DNA of 62,638 nt, from contig JAHZKW010000137.1 in assembly GCA_022600175.1 (NCBI GenBank), positions 1-62,638 of the forward strand, read 5' to 3'. Shown piece after piece: positions 60,276 through 62,638 of the stretch. This stretch comes from Campylobacterota bacterium (GTDB lineage: Bacteria > Campylobacterota > Campylobacteria > Campylobacterales > QNZT01). The notes beneath the pieces were generated by a model. It had not been told where the DNA came from, did no database searches, and saw nothing but the letters and a program-made list of their open reading frames with translations. Each line of letters opens with the position of its first letter. The stretch's first letter is position 1. The position numbers and the translations under genes were made by a program.

Positions 60276-60818
60276 CTATTCTTTTGTTGACATGTCGTCA
60301 ATTTCTATCTTAGTTTCAGGTGTGAGCTGTGCTGGGTCAATCTGTACAATCTTTGCACCTACATCTTTGAAAATTGGGTACATCATGCTGCCTTCAAACA
60401 TATTATTGATACTCTCTTTGAAAATAGCAATATTTGAAAGTACATAGATAATGACTGAGAAAATTAAAAAGATTTTTGCACCACCAACAATAAAACCTAA
60501 GATTTTATCAACAATGCCAAGTCCACTTGAATTGACAAGTTTGCCCAACAGCATGCCTATGAAAGTTGCAGCAAGCCAAAAAATAAGTAGCACAGCAATA
60601 AAACCGATAAGATAGACAGAAGCTTTATTTTGTAAATTTAAAAAGTTTGCATCTGCATACTCACCAGCCATTTGTGCATAGCGAGAAGCGACAAAGATAC
60701 CGCCGATAATTCCAATAAGTCCAAAAACCTCTTTAACAAATCCTCTTAAAATTCCTTTAATGCCTAAAAAGAGAATAAGTGAGAGGGAGACGAGGTCTAG
60801 TAGTGATACATTTTCCAT
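60276..60818 (-). CDS. cvpA: CvpA family membrane protein
   Basis: Four hydrophobic helices and the LILFLGIKGILRGFVKEVFGLIG N-terminal pattern. Position upstream of fur. Confidence 0.8.
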   Translation of the reverse strand: MENVSLLDLVSLSLILFLGIKGILRGFVKEVFGLIGIIGGIFVASRYAQMAGEYADANFLNLQNKASVYLIGFIAVLLIFWLAATFIGMLLGKLVNSSGLGIVDKILGFIVGGAKIFLIFSVIIYVLSNIAIFKESINNMFEGSMMYPIFKDVGAKIVQIDPAQLTPETKIEIDDMSTKE

Positions 60819-60947
60819 AAAGTATATACCTTTTGATTTCTGTTAATAGGAATACATTATATCAGATAAACTTTTAGAGTAAATCAAAATATATAAAAAT
60901 TTTGTAAGTTTACAAGAGTGGTTTACAAAGAAACGTGTGGGTAATCC

Positions 60948-62045
60948 CTACACGCCAATTTTTCCTTTTAGTTCTTCAGGTTGTGATGCAACTCTCAGTG
61001 CGTCATCTTTATGGATAATATTTTTTTCTACAAAGTGTGCAAGGGCTTGTGTTTGTGTTTGCATACCTGTTTGTGCTTGGTTAAGCTGCATTTGTGAGTA
61101 GAGTTGATGAACCTTGTTTTCACGGATTAGGTTAGCAATTGCATGGTTGTTGATCATGATCTCTTGTGCTGCCACACGTCCTTTTGATTTTTTGGGTAAG
61201 AGCATTTGTGAAATTACTGCAGCGAGTGACACTGCTAACATATTTCGGATTTGAAGTTGTTCACTTCCATCAAAGCTATCTACAATTCTATTGATTGTTT
61301 GAATGGCTGAGTTTGTATGCAGTGTTCCAAATACTAAGTGACCTGTTTCAGCGGCTGTGAGTGCTGCTTCAATAGTCTCTTTATCACGCATCTCACCGAT
61401 AAGAATAATATCAGGATCTTCACGCATTGCATATTTGAGTGCAGAAGAGAAGCTTTTAGTATCTTCTCCTACATTTCTATGAGAAAAGAGTGATTTTTTG
61501 TTTTGGTGTATAAACTCTACAGGGTCTTCTACCGTAATAATATGTTTATGTTCATGCATATTGATTTCGTTTAGAAGGGCTGAAAGTGTGGTTGATTTAC
61601 CGCTACCTGTAGGACCCGTGACTAAAATAAGTCCTTTTTCTCTTTTGATAATCTCTTTAAATATCGCTGGCGAATTTAAATCATCAAGGGTAGGGATTTC
61701 TGTGGGGATAATTCTAAATGCGGCAGCAAGTTCATTACCAAAGGTATAGTAGTAATTACCTCTAAAACGCCCAACGTTAGGGATGGCAATTGCAAAATCG
61801 ACCTCTTTATGCTCTTCAAGATGCTTTTTTTGTTTATCTGTGATAAGTGTATAGCACATCTCTTCGATCATTTGTCCATCTAAAACTGCAAGGTTGAGAG
61901 GAATAAGTTTTCCATCGATTCTGATTTGCGGTTCAGATCTGCTGACAAGGTGTAGATCTGATGCATTGTGGGCAACCACATTCTTTAAAAGTGTATTTAT
62001 ATCCATCATTTGCGCTTTTGGGCGCTCTAATGTGGTAGATTCCAT
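60948..62045 (-). CDS. pilT: Type IV pilus retraction ATPase PilT
   Basis: ASDLHL motif, Walker A GPTGSGKST, Asp box, Walker B ILIGEMRD, His box TGHLVFGTLHT, and the AIANLIRE PilT signature. Confidence 0.9.
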   Translation of the reverse strand: MESTTLERPKAQMMDINTLLKNVVAHNASDLHLVSRSEPQIRIDGKLIPLNLAVLDGQMIEEMCYTLITDKQKKHLEEHKEVDFAIAIPNVGRFRGNYYYTFGNELAAAFRIIPTEIPTLDDLNSPAIFKEIIKREKGLILVTGPTGSGKSTTLSALLNEINMHEHKHIITVEDPVEFIHQNKKSLFSHRNVGEDTKSFSSALKYAMREDPDIILIGEMRDKETIEAALTAAETGHLVFGTLHTNSAIQTINRIVDSFDGSEQLQIRNMLAVSLAAVISQMLLPKKSKGRVAAQEIMINNHAIANLIRENKVHQLYSQMQLNQAQTGMQTQTQALAHFVEKNIIHKDDALRVASQPEELKGKIGV

Positions 62046-62069
62046 TTGAAGTCCTTATGAAATTGATTA

Positions 62070-62360
62070 TTACTCAATTATTTTTGGAACAACAAAGAAA
62101 CCTCCCTCACTTTTTGGTGCATTTTTCAAGATTGTTTGGACAATCTTGGGATTATTCGCAGGAGTATCTTCTCTAAAGGGTGTACCACCGCTGATTGTAG
62201 AGAAAGAGGCTTCTTCATTTTCCAAATCTAACTCATTGAGATTTTCAACAAAATCGACAATTTGTCCAATTTCATTAATAGTGTCTTCTCGCTTAGTAGT
62301 TTCAATTTGCAAAGAAGAGAGTTTCTCAAGTTTTGTTAACAATATATCGTCTATTTTCAT
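62070..62360 (-). CDS. gatC: Asp/Glu-tRNA amidotransferase subunit C
   Basis: MKIDDILLTKLEKLSSLQI... and the length (96 aa) are typical of GatC. The ATG at 62360 is preferred over the upstream ATG at 62477 in the tracked ORF. Confidence 0.85.
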   Translation of the reverse strand: MKIDDILLTKLEKLSSLQIETTKREDTINEIGQIVDFVENLNELDLENEEASFSTISGGTPFREDTPANNPKIVQTILKNAPKSEGGFFVVPKIIE

Positions 62361-62476
62361 AACTGTTATAACCTCCATAACTGGGTCAAAGAGTGTAACA
62401 AAAGTACATTTAATATTAGCTATGTTATATTCTAAATCCATTAATAAATATATCAAAGTATATAAAAGGAATAACA

Positions 62477-62638
62477 TTGGGACTGAAAGAGAATGTAGAT
62501 GCGATCAAACAAGAGTTAAGTGCGGAAGAGCAATTTCTTGAGAGTGTTATTAAGGCAGAAGGTTTTTTTAAAAAATATAAAAAACTTTTAATTGCGCTAG
62601 CTGTTATTATTGTCACTGCTGCTGTAGTGTATACGTTA
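62477..62638 (+). CDS. Partial CDS (5' end only): membrane-anchored protein, possibly YfgM-like
   Basis: TTG start 6 nt after an AAGGA RBS. The frame stays open to the window edge and encodes LGLKENVDAIKQELSAEEQFLE...KKLLIALAVIIVTAAVVYTL (amphipathic helix then a TM helix). Confidence 0.4.
   Translation, partial: MGLKENVDAIKQELSAEEQFLESVIKAEGFFKKYKKLLIALAVIIVTAAVVYTL

Noticed and set aside
62146-62541. A 131-aa + strand ORF overlapping gatC, and a 63-aa ORF at 62425-62616.
   Set aside because: They are antisense to, or out of frame with, the well-supported gatC and the partial + strand CDS starting at 62477. Neither has an RBS or a recognisable motif.

Overview
The window is a dense (about 95% coding), low-GC chromosomal segment from a Campylobacterota (epsilonproteobacterial) genome. 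I base that on a fused CcsBA cytochrome c synthase, a Campylobacter-type MOMP porin, and three gene orders I recall from Campylobacter jejuni and Helicobacter pylori: thrB-ylxR-infB-rbfA-rimP, cvpA-fur-lysS-glyA-DUF1882-SPOR-aroE, and glyQ-nif3-HP0958-like-waaA-rlu. Nearly all of it is core housekeeping: replication (ligA, dnaE, recR), translation (infB, lysS, glyQ, gatC, rbfA, rimP), envelope (bamA, lpxC, waaA, plsY, psd, porin, M23 peptidase, SPOR protein), cofactor and amino-acid metabolism (ribD, nadA, nadC, folB, purE, glnA, glyA, thrB, tyrA, aroE, trpE-like), and motility or signalling (flhB, minC, CheZ-like, HD-GYP, PAS-GGDEF-EAL, REC-REC-GGDEF, pilT, an OmpR/HK pair). I found no rRNA, tRNA, CRISPR array, transposase, integrase or prophage-like block, and no obvious defence island or self-contained novel multi-gene system. 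The points worth a second look are local. (1) The essential ligA is split by a 1-nt frameshift. (2) A peptide-deformylase-like protein has lost all of its catalytic and metal-binding residues and is fused to a membrane anchor. (3) The only long intergenic region (8153-8449) contains four adjacent, near-perfect hairpins. (4) A ComEA-like DNA receptor carries a histone-H1-like poly-Lys/Ala tail. (5) Sigma-28-like (C/T)CGAT(A/T)(A/T) boxes precede all four c-di-GMP or CheZ signalling genes. (6) A degenerate IscU-like gene, a ferritin-like gene and psd form an overlapping operon. (7) A DUF1882-type protein carries a His-hydrophobic-His, primase/Rep-like motif. All functional calls come from reading motifs by eye. 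No database searches were run.
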